Origin: Chromatiales bacterium
GTDB taxonomy: Bacteria; Pseudomonadota; Gammaproteobacteria; JACCXJ01
Direction of reading: 5' to 3'
Assembly (NCBI GenBank): GCA_043673815.1
Contig: JBIMKD010000236.1
Location: 1-58,780 of the forward strand
DNA length: 58,780 nucleotides
Both the position numbers and the translations under genes were made by a program. The notes under the pieces are model-generated. The model was not told the origin of the DNA. It made no database searches and saw nothing but the letters and a program-made list of their open reading frames with translations. Below are positions 20,021 through 28,880 of the stretch, piece by piece (within the stretch, counting starts at the first letter, position 1; each line of letters starts with the position of its first letter).

Positions 20021-20998
20021 ATGGATGGAAATACGCTTGCAGTCTTCTTGACTCTGATCTTCGGCGCGGTATTCCTGCTCGCGCAGACCATCTTCGTGCC
20101 GAGCTTCGGCACGGGGAAGCAGGAGACCCGGCGCTTGCGCAAACGCTTGGGCACGATCCTGGAGGAGTATTCCGCGGGACATGCCGTCTCGCTGGTCCGC
20201 GAACGGTATCTTAAGGGATTATCCCCATTTGAGCGCTGGCTCGAATCACTGCCCGGGATGGTGGCGCTGGAACGGCTCATCGAGCAGTCGGGGCGCGCCT
20301 TCCCGGCCTACCGCCTGGTGGTGATGAGCATAGGGCTCGGGGTGGCCGCGGGCGCCGTGGCCTGGGTCTTGAGCCACCATCCGGTCATCGCGCTCGTCGC
20401 GGTCCTCGTCGTGGCCTGGGCGCCGTTCTTGAAGTTACAGATCGATCGTAGCCGGCGCTTTGCGAAATTCGAAGAGCAGTTGCCCGAGGCTCTCGATGTA
20501 ATGACCCGCGCGCTCCGGGCAGGCCACCCCTTCAATGAAACCCTGCAAATGGTCTCGAAGGAAATGGACGAGCCCATCGCCAGCGAGCTGGGCATGACCT
20601 TCGATGAGATCAACTACGGCGTCGATGTGCGGCGGGCTTTTCAGAACCTGCTTGCCCGAGTGCCCAGCATGTCACTGATGGCGCTCGTGACCTCCGTGCT
20701 GGTGCAGCGGGAGACCGGCGGAAATCTGGCGGAGATCCTGGATAAGATCAGCAAGGTGATCCGCGGGCGATTCCGGTTCCAGCGCCGGGTACGCACCTTG
20801 TCGGCCGAAGGCCGGTTGTCCGCCTGGGTCCTGGCCCTGGTCCCGTTTGGTCTGTTCGGGATGATCGCGGTCACCAACCCAGACTATCTGACCGTATTGA
20901 TCACAGAGCCAGTGGGCAGAAAGCTGATTGTCACGGCCCTCGTACTGATGGTCATCGGCAGCTTCTGGATCCGTAAGCTGCTCCGCATCGAGGTCTGA
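20021..20998 (+). CDS. tadB: TadB inner-membrane platform protein
   Basis: T2SSF-type domain (LPEALDVMTRALRAGH...). ATG at 20021 is preferred over 20003 because it avoids overlapping tadA and follows GGGGAGG. Confidence 0.9.
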   Translation: MDGNTLAVFLTLIFGAVFLLAQTIFVPSFGTGKQETRRLRKRLGTILEEYSAGHAVSLVRERYLKGLSPFERWLESLPGMVALERLIEQSGRAFPAYRLVVMSIGLGVAAGAVAWVLSHHPVIALVAVLVVAWAPFLKLQIDRSRRFAKFEEQLPEALDVMTRALRAGHPFNETLQMVSKEMDEPIASELGMTFDEINYGVDVRRAFQNLLARVPSMSLMALVTSVLVQRETGGNLAEILDKISKVIRGRFRFQRRVRTLSAEGRLSAWVLALVPFGLFGMIAVTNPDYLTVLITEPVGRKLIVTALVLMVIGSFWIRKLLRIEV

Positions 20999-21009
20999 GG
21001 AATCCGGCA

Positions 21010-21975
21010 ATGGAATACCTTGTCCAGCTTTTATCCAGTCTCGGTCAGGACGCGGTAGCGGTCCAGTGGATAATGATCGCGATGATCGCCGGCACGATAT
21101 TCTTGGCCGGCATGGGCGTGCTGATGCTGGTCAGCGGCGCGTTCAACCCGGTCCGCAAGCGGCTCTATGACGCGGTCGGTTACGAGCCCACCGCGAGCAT
21201 CGGGGGCGCTCGAGTCACGAGAACACTGCACGTGCTCTCGCCTTATATCCTGCCCAAGCGGGGTTGGGAACGGTCTCAGGCGAGCCAGCGCATGGTGCAT
21301 GCGGGCTACCGTTCGGTCAACGCTTTGCCCATTTATTACGCCGTCAGGACTCTATCCATCATTGCCCTCCCGGCCTTGGTGTTCTTGGCGGCGCCCTGGT
21401 TTCCGAAGTTCTCGCCGAACCAGGTGCTTTTCGCTGCCGCGGTCGCAGCCTTCATTGGGATGATCGTCCCGAGCTACGTCCTCGATCGCAAGGTCGGTAA
21501 GCGCAAGCGCTGGCTCAGCAACGGCTTTCCGGACGCCCTGGATTTGCTCGTGGTATGCACCGAGGCCGGTTTGGGGCTGAATGCGGCGCTACAGCGGGTC
21601 GCCCGTGATCTGGCGGTAAGCCATCCGGCACTGGCCGAAGAATTGGCGCTGGTGAACGCCGAGATCCGGGCTGGCGTTGACCGCGTCGAAGCCCTGAAGA
21701 ACCTAGCAACCCGCACCGGGCTTGAGGATATCAAGGGGCTGGTGGTGCTTCTGGCCCAGAGCCTGCGCTTCGGCACGAGCATTGCTGAAACGCTGCGGGT
21801 GTACTCGGAAGACTTTCGTGACAAGCGCATGCAGCGCGCCGAGGAAGCCGCGGCGAAGATCGGAACTAAGATGATTTTTCCGCTCGTGACCTGCCTGTTT
21901 CCAAGCTTTTTTATCGTCGCGATCGGTCCAGCAGTGATCCAGATCATCGCGGGGTTCACAGGAATTGGCCGCTGA
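21010..21975 (+). CDS. tadC: TadC inner-membrane platform protein
   Basis: T2SSF-type domain (FPDALDLLVVCTEAGLGL...), paralogue of tadB. Confidence 0.9.
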   Translation: MEYLVQLLSSLGQDAVAVQWIMIAMIAGTIFLAGMGVLMLVSGAFNPVRKRLYDAVGYEPTASIGGARVTRTLHVLSPYILPKRGWERSQASQRMVHAGYRSVNALPIYYAVRTLSIIALPALVFLAAPWFPKFSPNQVLFAAAVAAFIGMIVPSYVLDRKVGKRKRWLSNGFPDALDLLVVCTEAGLGLNAALQRVARDLAVSHPALAEELALVNAEIRAGVDRVEALKNLATRTGLEDIKGLVVLLAQSLRFGTSIAETLRVYSEDFRDKRMQRAEEAAAKIGTKMIFPLVTCLFPSFFIVAIGPAVIQIIAGFTGIGR

Positions 21976-22059
21976 TAGGAATAGCGAGCTAGCCGAGTAG
22001 TGAAAAGAGGTACGCTACGCAGCAATCGTGTGCCCGACTAGCTCATTGTGGAGGGGAAA

Positions 22060-23034
22060 ATGTTTCAGCCTAATCATATCGCATCTTCACTGCGGAACGG
22101 GGCAGTGATGTTTCACCTAGGATCGCGCGGCCGGGGGATCGCCGCGGTGACGATGGCCATCGGTACGCTGCTCTCGGGTTGCGCCACGATGCCGGCCGAC
22201 AAGCCGGCGAGTGAATACGGAGCGCTCTACGACGGCAAGGCCAAGGTCCTGCACGAAGCGAGAGGAGACGCGACCTCCGCGCGGGAAGCCATCAACTGGG
22301 GTGATGCCGCCTATCGCATGGGCAACGTGGATCAGGCCTTGTACGAGTATGTGAAGGCGCTCGGAATCGACGGGAAGAATCTCGAGACACTCTACAAGGT
22401 AGGCGCCCTCCACGCGGGCCGAGGAAATCGGGAGCTGGCCGAGCTGGCGTTCCGCATGGCCCTGAAGCTGGATGCACGCCATGCGCCCTCACTGGAGGGC
22501 TTAGGCCTGGTCCAGCTCGAACGTCATCTGCACAAGGAAGCCGAGGAAAGCCTGACGAAGGCGGTCGCAGCAGAACCGAACCGTTGGCGCGCCCATAACG
22601 GCCTGGGGCTGATCGCGGATCTCCGTAAGCACTACCCGGCCGCCGGCTCCCACTACGAGAACGCGTTGAAGCTGCAACCCGGCTCGGCAATGTTACTGAA
22701 CAATCTCGGGTACTCGAAGTACCTGGCGGGCGACTGGGATGGGGCCCAGAAACTATTCCATCAGGCGGTACAAGCTGATCCGCAATACGCGCGCGCGTGG
22801 ATCAATCTTGGCCTGGTGCACGCCCGGCGTGGTGAAGACGAAGCCTCTCTCAGATCGTTTCGCCGCGTGATGGACGATCCCTCCGCTTACAACAACATTG
22901 GGTTTGTTTTCATGATGGAGGGGAAATACGATCAGGCGGGGCGATATTACGAGCAAGCTATTTCGTCATCGCCCGCTTATCACGCCCAGGCCCAAGAAAA
23001 CCTCAAGCGTTTGCGGGTGTTGTGGAACCAGTAG
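22060..23034 (+). CDS. tadD: TadD TPR-repeat lipoprotein
   Basis: Lipobox LLSGC and multiple TPR units (AxxxYxKALxLDP-like repeats). ATG at 22060 follows GGAGGGG. Confidence 0.85.
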   Translation: MFQPNHIASSLRNGAVMFHLGSRGRGIAAVTMAIGTLLSGCATMPADKPASEYGALYDGKAKVLHEARGDATSAREAINWGDAAYRMGNVDQALYEYVKALGIDGKNLETLYKVGALHAGRGNRELAELAFRMALKLDARHAPSLEGLGLVQLERHLHKEAEESLTKAVAAEPNRWRAHNGLGLIADLRKHYPAAGSHYENALKLQPGSAMLLNNLGYSKYLAGDWDGAQKLFHQAVQADPQYARAWINLGLVHARRGEDEASLRSFRRVMDDPSAYNNIGFVFMMEGKYDQAGRYYEQAISSSPAYHAQAQENLKRLRVLWNQ

Positions 23035-23533
23035 GTTGGTGAGATGGCCGGTGATCGATCCGCGAGGCGCTTGCGCCCGGCTCCCTCGCATCCCTACGCG
23101 TTCCGGCCCAACGTCGGCGCCCTCCCAGTTCCTCGATCCCCTGGTGCAGTTTCATCTGTACTCCTTGCGCAATAAGTGCGTCAAAAAGGCCGAACAATCG
23201 CTCGGTTGACGCATTGTATAGTAGAAAATCTAAATTCAGTCAAGCATTTCGATTGGGCGATGCGCTCAAAAGGTCTCCACTATAAATGGGATCGTCAGCA
23301 CGCGGGTTGGCCAGCCGCGGTTATTCGCAGTGTTGGTTGCAGCGGGAGAGTAAGATTGAGTCGTTCCACTAACGCAACTTTCTCAACTCACCTCAAGAAT
23401 CGCTGATTGTTTGAGGTGGGGGTCTTGGGAAGGCGAATAGACACGAGGGATCGAGTTTCAAAGAGGCTGTAGTGTAGACCAAGTGTATTTTCAGCCGTCT
23501 GGTCTTGCATACAATACGGCGGCATCATGCATT

Positions 23534-23810
23534 CTAGGCAATCGGCGCAGCAGCACTCGCCACGTTCCTATGATTCCGCCGTCCTGGCCTCGAGGCCAAG
23601 CGAGTCAACGACGGCTGCTTTTGGAAGACTCAGAAGGCGATCGCTCAACCACTTCGCTATTCGTCTGAGATTCTGTGCGGTAGCGGCGAGCAGAAACTCA
23701 TCGCGTGCCCCGGTCAGTCCACGTAATCGGAGTCGATCCAATTTGAGAATCCGCTTCAGAGGGGCGAAGAACTTCGCGGGAATGACGGAAATTTTGGCCT
23801 CCCGCCTTAA
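23534..23810 (-). mobile_element. IS5/IS1182-type DDE transposase C-terminal remnant plus IS terminus (copy 2 of the repeat at 3369-3453)
   Basis: Minus-strand translation ...FFAPLKRILKLDRLRLRGLTGARDEFLLAATAQNLRRIAKWL is the conserved tail of IS5/IS1182-group transposases. The upstream part of ORF 23568..24038 overlaps the outer membrane protein gene and has no transposase similarity. Confidence 0.6.
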
Positions 23811-23853
23811 GTAAGTACCATTCGGGTGTCTGACTCCATATTCCATCCGCGCG

Positions 23854-24621
23854 ATGATCAACACATTGAAAGGGAAATGCCGACTTGTGCATGGCTGCGC
23901 GATGTGCGCCGCCGTGTTCGCGGCGACGCCGGTATGGGCCGATCTTGCCCGTGATGCCAGGACCACCCGTATCGTGCGCGAGGAGGGAAATCTGGTCATC
24001 GAAAAGGCATTACAATTTGAAAGGGACAGAGACGGCAAAGCAATTGCCTTCGAAACGGGGATTCAATATTCCCCGAGCGATCGCATTCAGCTTCTTCTGG
24101 AGCCGGTCTTCTGGGAACGGCAGATGCCGAAGGATACACCCGACGCTAGTGGAATCGGGGACACGGATTTCACCGTGGCCTATCTGGCAATCGGGGCGGA
24201 GGGCCCGTGGCCGGCGGTCGTGCTGGCGGGAAAAGTTAAAATTCCTACCGCCGACAACCGCGAGATCGGCACGGGTCAAGCCGACTACGCCGCTTCCGTT
24301 ATCTCGGGAAAGGAATTCGGCGAATTGGATTTGAACCTGGAGCTCGAGTACGGAACGTTTGGCTCCCCGGCAGGAGAGGACTTGAAGAACCAATTCATCT
24401 ATACCTTCTCCCTCGATTATGGCCTAACCGAGAACTTGAGTTTCTTTGCGGAAGTCTTCGGGAACACCTCCCCGGTCGACGGCGAGGATGGCTCCTCCGC
24501 CGTCCTGGCGGGCGTGGAATACGACATCGATATCAACAAACACGTGAACCCCTTCATATCTGTTGAGGTTGACACGGACGAATTGATCACCGCCAAGGTG
24601 GGTTTGGAATACACGTGGTAA
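23854..24621 (+). CDS. Outer-membrane beta-barrel protein (MetA-pathway/transporter-like OMP family)
   Basis: Signal peptide ...AAVFAATPVWA/D, alternating beta-strand pattern, C-terminal GLEYTW aromatic terminus. An alternative start is at 23902. Confidence 0.7.
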   Translation: MINTLKGKCRLVHGCAMCAAVFAATPVWADLARDARTTRIVREEGNLVIEKALQFERDRDGKAIAFETGIQYSPSDRIQLLLEPVFWERQMPKDTPDASGIGDTDFTVAYLAIGAEGPWPAVVLAGKVKIPTADNREIGTGQADYAASVISGKEFGELDLNLELEYGTFGSPAGEDLKNQFIYTFSLDYGLTENLSFFAEVFGNTSPVDGEDGSSAVLAGVEYDIDINKHVNPFISVEVDTDELITAKVGLEYTW

Positions 24622-24960
24622 GGGGGATACTGCGACCGTTGCGAGGTTCGCATTTCGAGTTCTTGGACAACACGAGGTGGCCGGAAAGTTATTGCGGATT
24701 GGAGAGGGCATTATGAAGCCCTAACGCTTCACATTCCTCAAATGAGCTAAAATAAAGTCTCATTGGAGATAACCTTTATGACGACTGTTCTCTCGCCCCT
24801 TAAGCGACCTCTTTCCCGAGGAAACCGCCGGATTGATGCGCCCAGAGCTGCGGGTAACGCCCGCCTTTTAGCTCGCGGGTCCGATAGCGCGTAATGCCGA
24901 CCTTGACGTGTTCACCCATTAGGTATTGAAATATGCATGATTATACGCATAACTTAATCC

Positions 24961-25230
24961 ATGCAATTCACTTGGCACGAGCTGAAGCGCCAAGCCAACC
25001 TGAAGAAGCATGGGACGGATTTCGCCGATGCGGCTCAGGTATTCGCCGGTCCAACCTTCACTTTTGAAGATGATCGAGAGGATTACGGCGAACAACGCTG
25101 GGTCACGTTCGGGCTGTTGGGTGAGAAAGTCGTGGTGATTGTTCACACCGAAACTAAGGATGAAATCCACGTCCTTTCCATGCGCGAGGCCGACAAAGAT
25201 GAACAACTACTTTTCTTCATCAACCTCTGA
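24961..25230 (+). CDS. brnT: BrnT-family toxin (DUF497)
   Basis: FTWHELKRQANLKKHGTDFADAAQVF...VVIVHTE...IHVLSMREA matches the BrnT pattern. Confidence 0.88.
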   Translation: MQFTWHELKRQANLKKHGTDFADAAQVFAGPTFTFEDDREDYGEQRWVTFGLLGEKVVVIVHTETKDEIHVLSMREADKDEQLLFFINL

Positions 25231-25504
25231 CGATCGTGATGAATACCCCAAAGTGACGCAGGCTGATTTGGACCGCGCTAAGTTCCGCGTAGGACTCAAG
25301 CCCGCGCCGCGCAAACAACGCGTCACTATCCTTCTGGATACAGGCCTCATCGAATATTTCAAAGCCAAAGCCGGCGAGCGCGGTTATCAAACATTGATTA
25401 ACGATACCTTGCGGCGGGCGAAGGAACACGAAAACTTGGAAGAGACATTACGGCGGATCGTTCGTGAAGAATTGCACCGCGATACCCGCTCAGGCAGCAC
25501 CTGA
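25199..25504 (+). CDS. brnA: BrnA-family antitoxin
   Basis: ATG at 25199 overlaps the brnT 3' end. RVTILLDTGLIEYFKAKAGERGYQTLINDTLR is the RHH-like BrnA C-terminus. Confidence 0.85.
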   Translation: MNNYFSSSTSDDRDEYPKVTQADLDRAKFRVGLKPAPRKQRVTILLDTGLIEYFKAKAGERGYQTLINDTLRRAKEHENLEETLRRIVREELHRDTRSGST

Positions 25505-25732
25505 TACAGCGCTCCAAGGAGAAAGGGGATAACAGCAGGATGATGGTACAGGCATCATCTATGCCCTAGGTCGGCTGCCCTGCCGGTGAGAGGACCAGGA
25601 GCCAAACCAGCGTCCACACACTGGCGTTCAGCGGGCGGTTCCGACGGGTGTTCCACCGGTTCGCGTCACGAATGCGGACCGAGATGGTCGCGGTCGAACC
25701 TCCCCATACCACCTGGACGAAAGCCCATTCGG

Positions 25733-27076
25733 CTACGGGCTTGATGAAACGGATTTGTCCCGCGCCGCCTGGATGCGCGCCCGCCATAGTTCCGCCTCGT
25801 GCAGAATCGCGGCTTCATCCAGGGTCAGCAACTCGCGATTGCGCAGCAGGCGGCGGCCGGCGACCCATACGTCCGTCACCGCCTCGCGGTTAACCGCATA
25901 GACGAGCGCCGAGATCGGATCGTAGACCGGTTGTGTTTCGATACCGCCTAGATCAATCGCGGCGATATCCGCTTTCTTGCCGATGGTGAGCGAACCCGTG
26001 ATGGCGTCGATGCCGAGTGCTTGTGCGCCGTTCAAGGTAGCCATGCGGAGCGCCGAGCCGGCCGGCGCTGCGCAGGGGTCCCCCGCCACGCCCTTGGCGA
26101 GAAGCGCCGCCGTGGACAGCTCCCTCAGCATGTCGAGGGAATTGTTGCTCGCCGCCCCGTCGGTGCCGAGCGCCACATTGAGCCCGGCTTGGCGCAGGGC
26201 ATGAATGGGACAGAAGCCGCTCGCGAGCTTGAGGTTCGAGCGCGGGCAATGCACGATATTCACGCCATGCTGTGCGCACTCGTCGATGTCGGTCGCGGTC
26301 ATTTGAGTCATATGCACGGCGATCAGGCGCGGTGACAGCAGGCCCAGCCGGGCAAGACGGGCGAGCGGCCGTTCACCGGTCGCTTCAATGGCCTTGTCGA
26401 CTTCGTGCGCCGTCTCGTGCACGTGCATATGGATGGGGAGATCCAACTCTTCGGCGAGCGTGCCGATGCGCTCGAGCGGCGCATCGGAGACCGTATACGG
26501 CGCGTGCGGCGCGAAGGCGAAGTGAATCAGCGGATGAGCACGAAAGGCGTCGTGCACACCAAGACCCTTGCTTAAGTACTCGTCCGCGTCCGTGGCCCAA
26601 GGAGTTGGAAAATCGATCAGGATCAAGCCGGCGACGGCGCGCATACCCGCCTCTGCGGCCAGCTCGGCTACTCGGTTCGGAAAGAAATACATATCGTTGA
26701 AACAGGTCGTGCCGCTGCGCAGCATCTCGGCGGCGGCGAGCCGCGTGCCGGCGCGCACGAATTCATCGGCCACCCAGCGCTGCTCGGCAGGCCAGATGTG
26801 GCCGGTGAGCCAATCGATGAGCGGCAGATCGTCGGCGAGCCCGCGAAAGAGCGCCATGGCTGCATGCGTATGGGCATTGATCAAGCCTGGAATCAAAACA
26901 TGTCGATCGAGACTCTGCACCTCGCGGGCGCGCCAGCGGAGATCCGCCTCGGCGCTCGGCAGTACATCGACGATGGCGCCATCGCGTACCGCGAGGGCTT
27001 GCGCTTCGAGGACCCGGCCTTCGGGGTCCACGGGAACGATCCAGCGCGCTTTAATGAGGAGGTCGGCTTCCATCAT
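25733..27076 (-). CDS. mtaD: TRZ/ATZ-family amidohydrolase (5-methylthioadenosine/S-adenosylhomocysteine deaminase-like)
   Basis: LIPGLINAHTHAAMALFRG (HxH), HMHVHET, GTDGAASNNSLD metal and catalytic motifs. 447 aa. Confidence 0.85.
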   Translation of the reverse strand: MMEADLLIKARWIVPVDPEGRVLEAQALAVRDGAIVDVLPSAEADLRWRAREVQSLDRHVLIPGLINAHTHAAMALFRGLADDLPLIDWLTGHIWPAEQRWVADEFVRAGTRLAAAEMLRSGTTCFNDMYFFPNRVAELAAEAGMRAVAGLILIDFPTPWATDADEYLSKGLGVHDAFRAHPLIHFAFAPHAPYTVSDAPLERIGTLAEELDLPIHMHVHETAHEVDKAIEATGERPLARLARLGLLSPRLIAVHMTQMTATDIDECAQHGVNIVHCPRSNLKLASGFCPIHALRQAGLNVALGTDGAASNNSLDMLRELSTAALLAKGVAGDPCAAPAGSALRMATLNGAQALGIDAITGSLTIGKKADIAAIDLGGIETQPVYDPISALVYAVNREAVTDVWVAGRRLLRNRELLTLDEAAILHEAELWRARIQAARDKSVSSSP

Positions 27077-27100
27077 GGTCGTTTTTCACTTGCTGATAGC

Positions 27101-27391
27101 CTACATGCGCGCCTCGCGACTGTGCCACACACGTATGATGACCGGGTCGCCTTTCGCGTTGAGCCGATAGCGCAGCCCATAAGCCCCGGCGCCAAAAGCA
27201 GCAAATATTTCGCGACGTCCGGTGTCATCGTCCATCGGTTTACCCGCTTCCGGGTGCTGTTCGAGGATATTAGCCGCGGCTTGGACGCAGCCGATGGCGT
27301 TGCGCGCGGCTTGTAAGTGCTTCTCAGTGAGAAAGTCGTAGAGTCGGCCCACGTCCTCTAGGGCTTCCGGTAACCACGCTACCGTGGGCAT
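27101..27391 (-). CDS. parE: RelE/ParE-family toxin
   Basis: 96 aa. LPEALEDVGRLYDFL... and the C-terminal YRLNAKGDPVIIRVWHSRE are typical of ParE/RelE toxins. Confidence 0.85.
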   Translation of the reverse strand: MPTVAWLPEALEDVGRLYDFLTEKHLQAARNAIGCVQAAANILEQHPEAGKPMDDDTGRREIFAAFGAGAYGLRYRLNAKGDPVIIRVWHSREARM

Positions 27392-27696
27392 GGCTTGCGC
27401 ACGCCCTTGGCGAGCGCGTCAAACCATTCCACCACAGCCGAATGGCTAATAGACCCTCCGGTCAACATGTAGCGCCCCCACCGCTCCAGGTCCTCCCGTC
27501 GCTCGCGTTGTGCCCGCTCCTCCTTGTCCAAGTATTCTACGATGGCGGTTTTGATGAGCCAGTGCGTGGCGCGATCCTTATCTTCAGCGAGGGCTTTCAG
27601 GCGTTTGCGTGTTTCTTCGTCGAGCTTTATTCCAAAGTGTGGTGGTCGCCATAAATTAAATGGTGGGTTGCAATAGTTGCAACCACGATAGCACAC
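27379..27696 (-). CDS. Ribbon-helix-helix (CopG-like) antitoxin; start codon uncertain
   Basis: FGIKLDEETRKRLKALAEDKDRATHWLIKTAIVEYL is an RHH fold. Overlaps parE by 13 nt. The only in-frame start is the GTG at 27696, see findings. Confidence 0.75.
   Translation of the reverse strand: MCYRGCNYCNPPFNLWRPPHFGIKLDEETRKRLKALAEDKDRATHWLIKTAIVEYLDKEERAQRERREDLERWGRYMLTGGSISHSAVVEWFDALAKGVRKPCPR
27666..27684. promoter_or_regulatory. Perfect 8-3-8 inverted repeat, candidate TA operator
   Basis: ggttgcaa-tag-ttgcaacc, at the 5' edge of the RHH antitoxin ORF. Confidence 0.4.
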
Positions 27697-27849
27697 CGGT
27701 TTGGAGTTGGAAATGGTGAAGGCGCCAGATCGATCCCCGTTCGCGTAGAGACCAGTAACCGAAATGTGCGGTGCTCCTCGCGACTCAGCCGTGCGATCTG
27801 AACGAGGTGTCGTAGGCAGGTTCGGATCTGTCCCTATCTTTCTCAGTTG

Positions 27850-28767
27850 TCACCGACCCTTTCGCTGTGCCTCCAAACCATCCCAAAAGGCGGCGACTCC
27901 GTCCAGCATTTCATTCCCGTAGCGAATGAAGGCGTCTTCATCCAAGGTCCGATGGAAATAAAGCTCCTCGAGCTCTTCCTGGGTGTGGCGGGCATGTTGC
28001 GACTCCAAGCGATCGTGCCAGGTGAAAAACGCCAGTGGTAGATCGGCTCCGCTCCGCGCATTGAACTTCTCGAAGCCTTCGATGAGCTCTTTCCAAAAGC
28101 CGGCCGCGGCCCAATTTTCCACGGCGAAACTGGCCGCTTGCGAGATCTGGTAGTCCTCGTTGCCGTAGAGTCGCGCTAACTCGTCGCAGAAAAACAAGGT
28201 CGGGGACGTGCCGTGCCGGCGCTTGCCGACATCGTTAAATCCGAGACCTAGCTTAGCGGCGATGTGCAAGAGCCACTCGAAATGCGCGGCCCGGAAACGG
28301 AAGGTGCCGCCTTCGACGGTGCCCTCGGTCGAAACGAGCTTTGGGTCGGTGTGCTCATCCTGGCGGGGGACCGATTCCTTGCCTGGGTTGAAGACCACAC
28401 CGATCTCATTGGCCAGGATCTCTTTCGAGGCTCGCATGCCTTCGAGGGAGTCGGCGTTGATGGTTTTGTATAGTTGCGCGACCAAGAAGAGATTGGAAAA
28501 AACGGAAAATTGAACGATGAACGTTTTGATCTGCTCGCCGGACTGTGCGCCGCGGCGGAACCAGGCGGTATAAGGGTTAGCAATGATTACCCGATGCCGC
28601 AACAGTTCCTGCTTGATGCGGCGCTGAAACGCGAGGAAACGCTGCGCCTTATCGATGCCATAGCCGGGCTGATCGGTGGCGACGGCCGCGAGCGAAGACG
28701 GACTTAATCCGGTGAGATGATGCCGCGCGGCGAAACGGTTCAAGTTTGGAGTGGTGACTGCGCTCAT
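27850..28767 (-). CDS. Heme-oxygenase-like (PqqC/CADD/Haem_oxygenas_2-type) putative diiron enzyme
   Basis: ATG at 28767 follows AGGAGG. All-helical, with the pattern NPYTAWFRRG...QFSVFSNLFLVAQL...KEILANEIGV...AAHFEWLLH...FAVENWAAAGFW...WHDRLESQHARH, giving spaced Glu/His candidate ligands. The family call is from memory. Confidence 0.6.
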   Translation of the reverse strand: MSAVTTPNLNRFAARHHLTGLSPSSLAAVATDQPGYGIDKAQRFLAFQRRIKQELLRHRVIIANPYTAWFRRGAQSGEQIKTFIVQFSVFSNLFLVAQLYKTINADSLEGMRASKEILANEIGVVFNPGKESVPRQDEHTDPKLVSTEGTVEGGTFRFRAAHFEWLLHIAAKLGLGFNDVGKRRHGTSPTLFFCDELARLYGNEDYQISQAASFAVENWAAAGFWKELIEGFEKFNARSGADLPLAFFTWHDRLESQHARHTQEELEELYFHRTLDEDAFIRYGNEMLDGVAAFWDGLEAQRKGR

Positions 28768-28880
28768 AAATGACCTCCTAATTACACAGCACATTCCCCT
28801 GCAAAAAACGTAAACAATTAGACCGATCGGTCCAGCTTAAATTTCAACCTAAAATCCGCGATCCAAGGTTGCGGCCATCG

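Noticed and set aside
23003-23197. 64-aa minus-strand ORF (MFGLFDALIAQGVQMKLHQG...) as another transposase piece
   Set aside because: It gives only a vague impression of similarity to IS5-type sequences. It also lies on the wrong side of the transposase C-terminus to belong to the same element.
23568-24038. 156-aa minus-strand ORF taken as a whole gene
   Set aside because: Only about 55 residues in its C-terminal half (roughly 23620-23790) resemble a transposase. The N-terminal part overlaps the outer membrane protein gene on the other strand and has no similarity.
24781-24920. 39-codon minus-strand ORF (MGEHVKVGITRYRTRELKGG...) upstream of brnT
   Set aside because: It is too short and no family is recognised. 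It may be a relic, but that cannot be supported.
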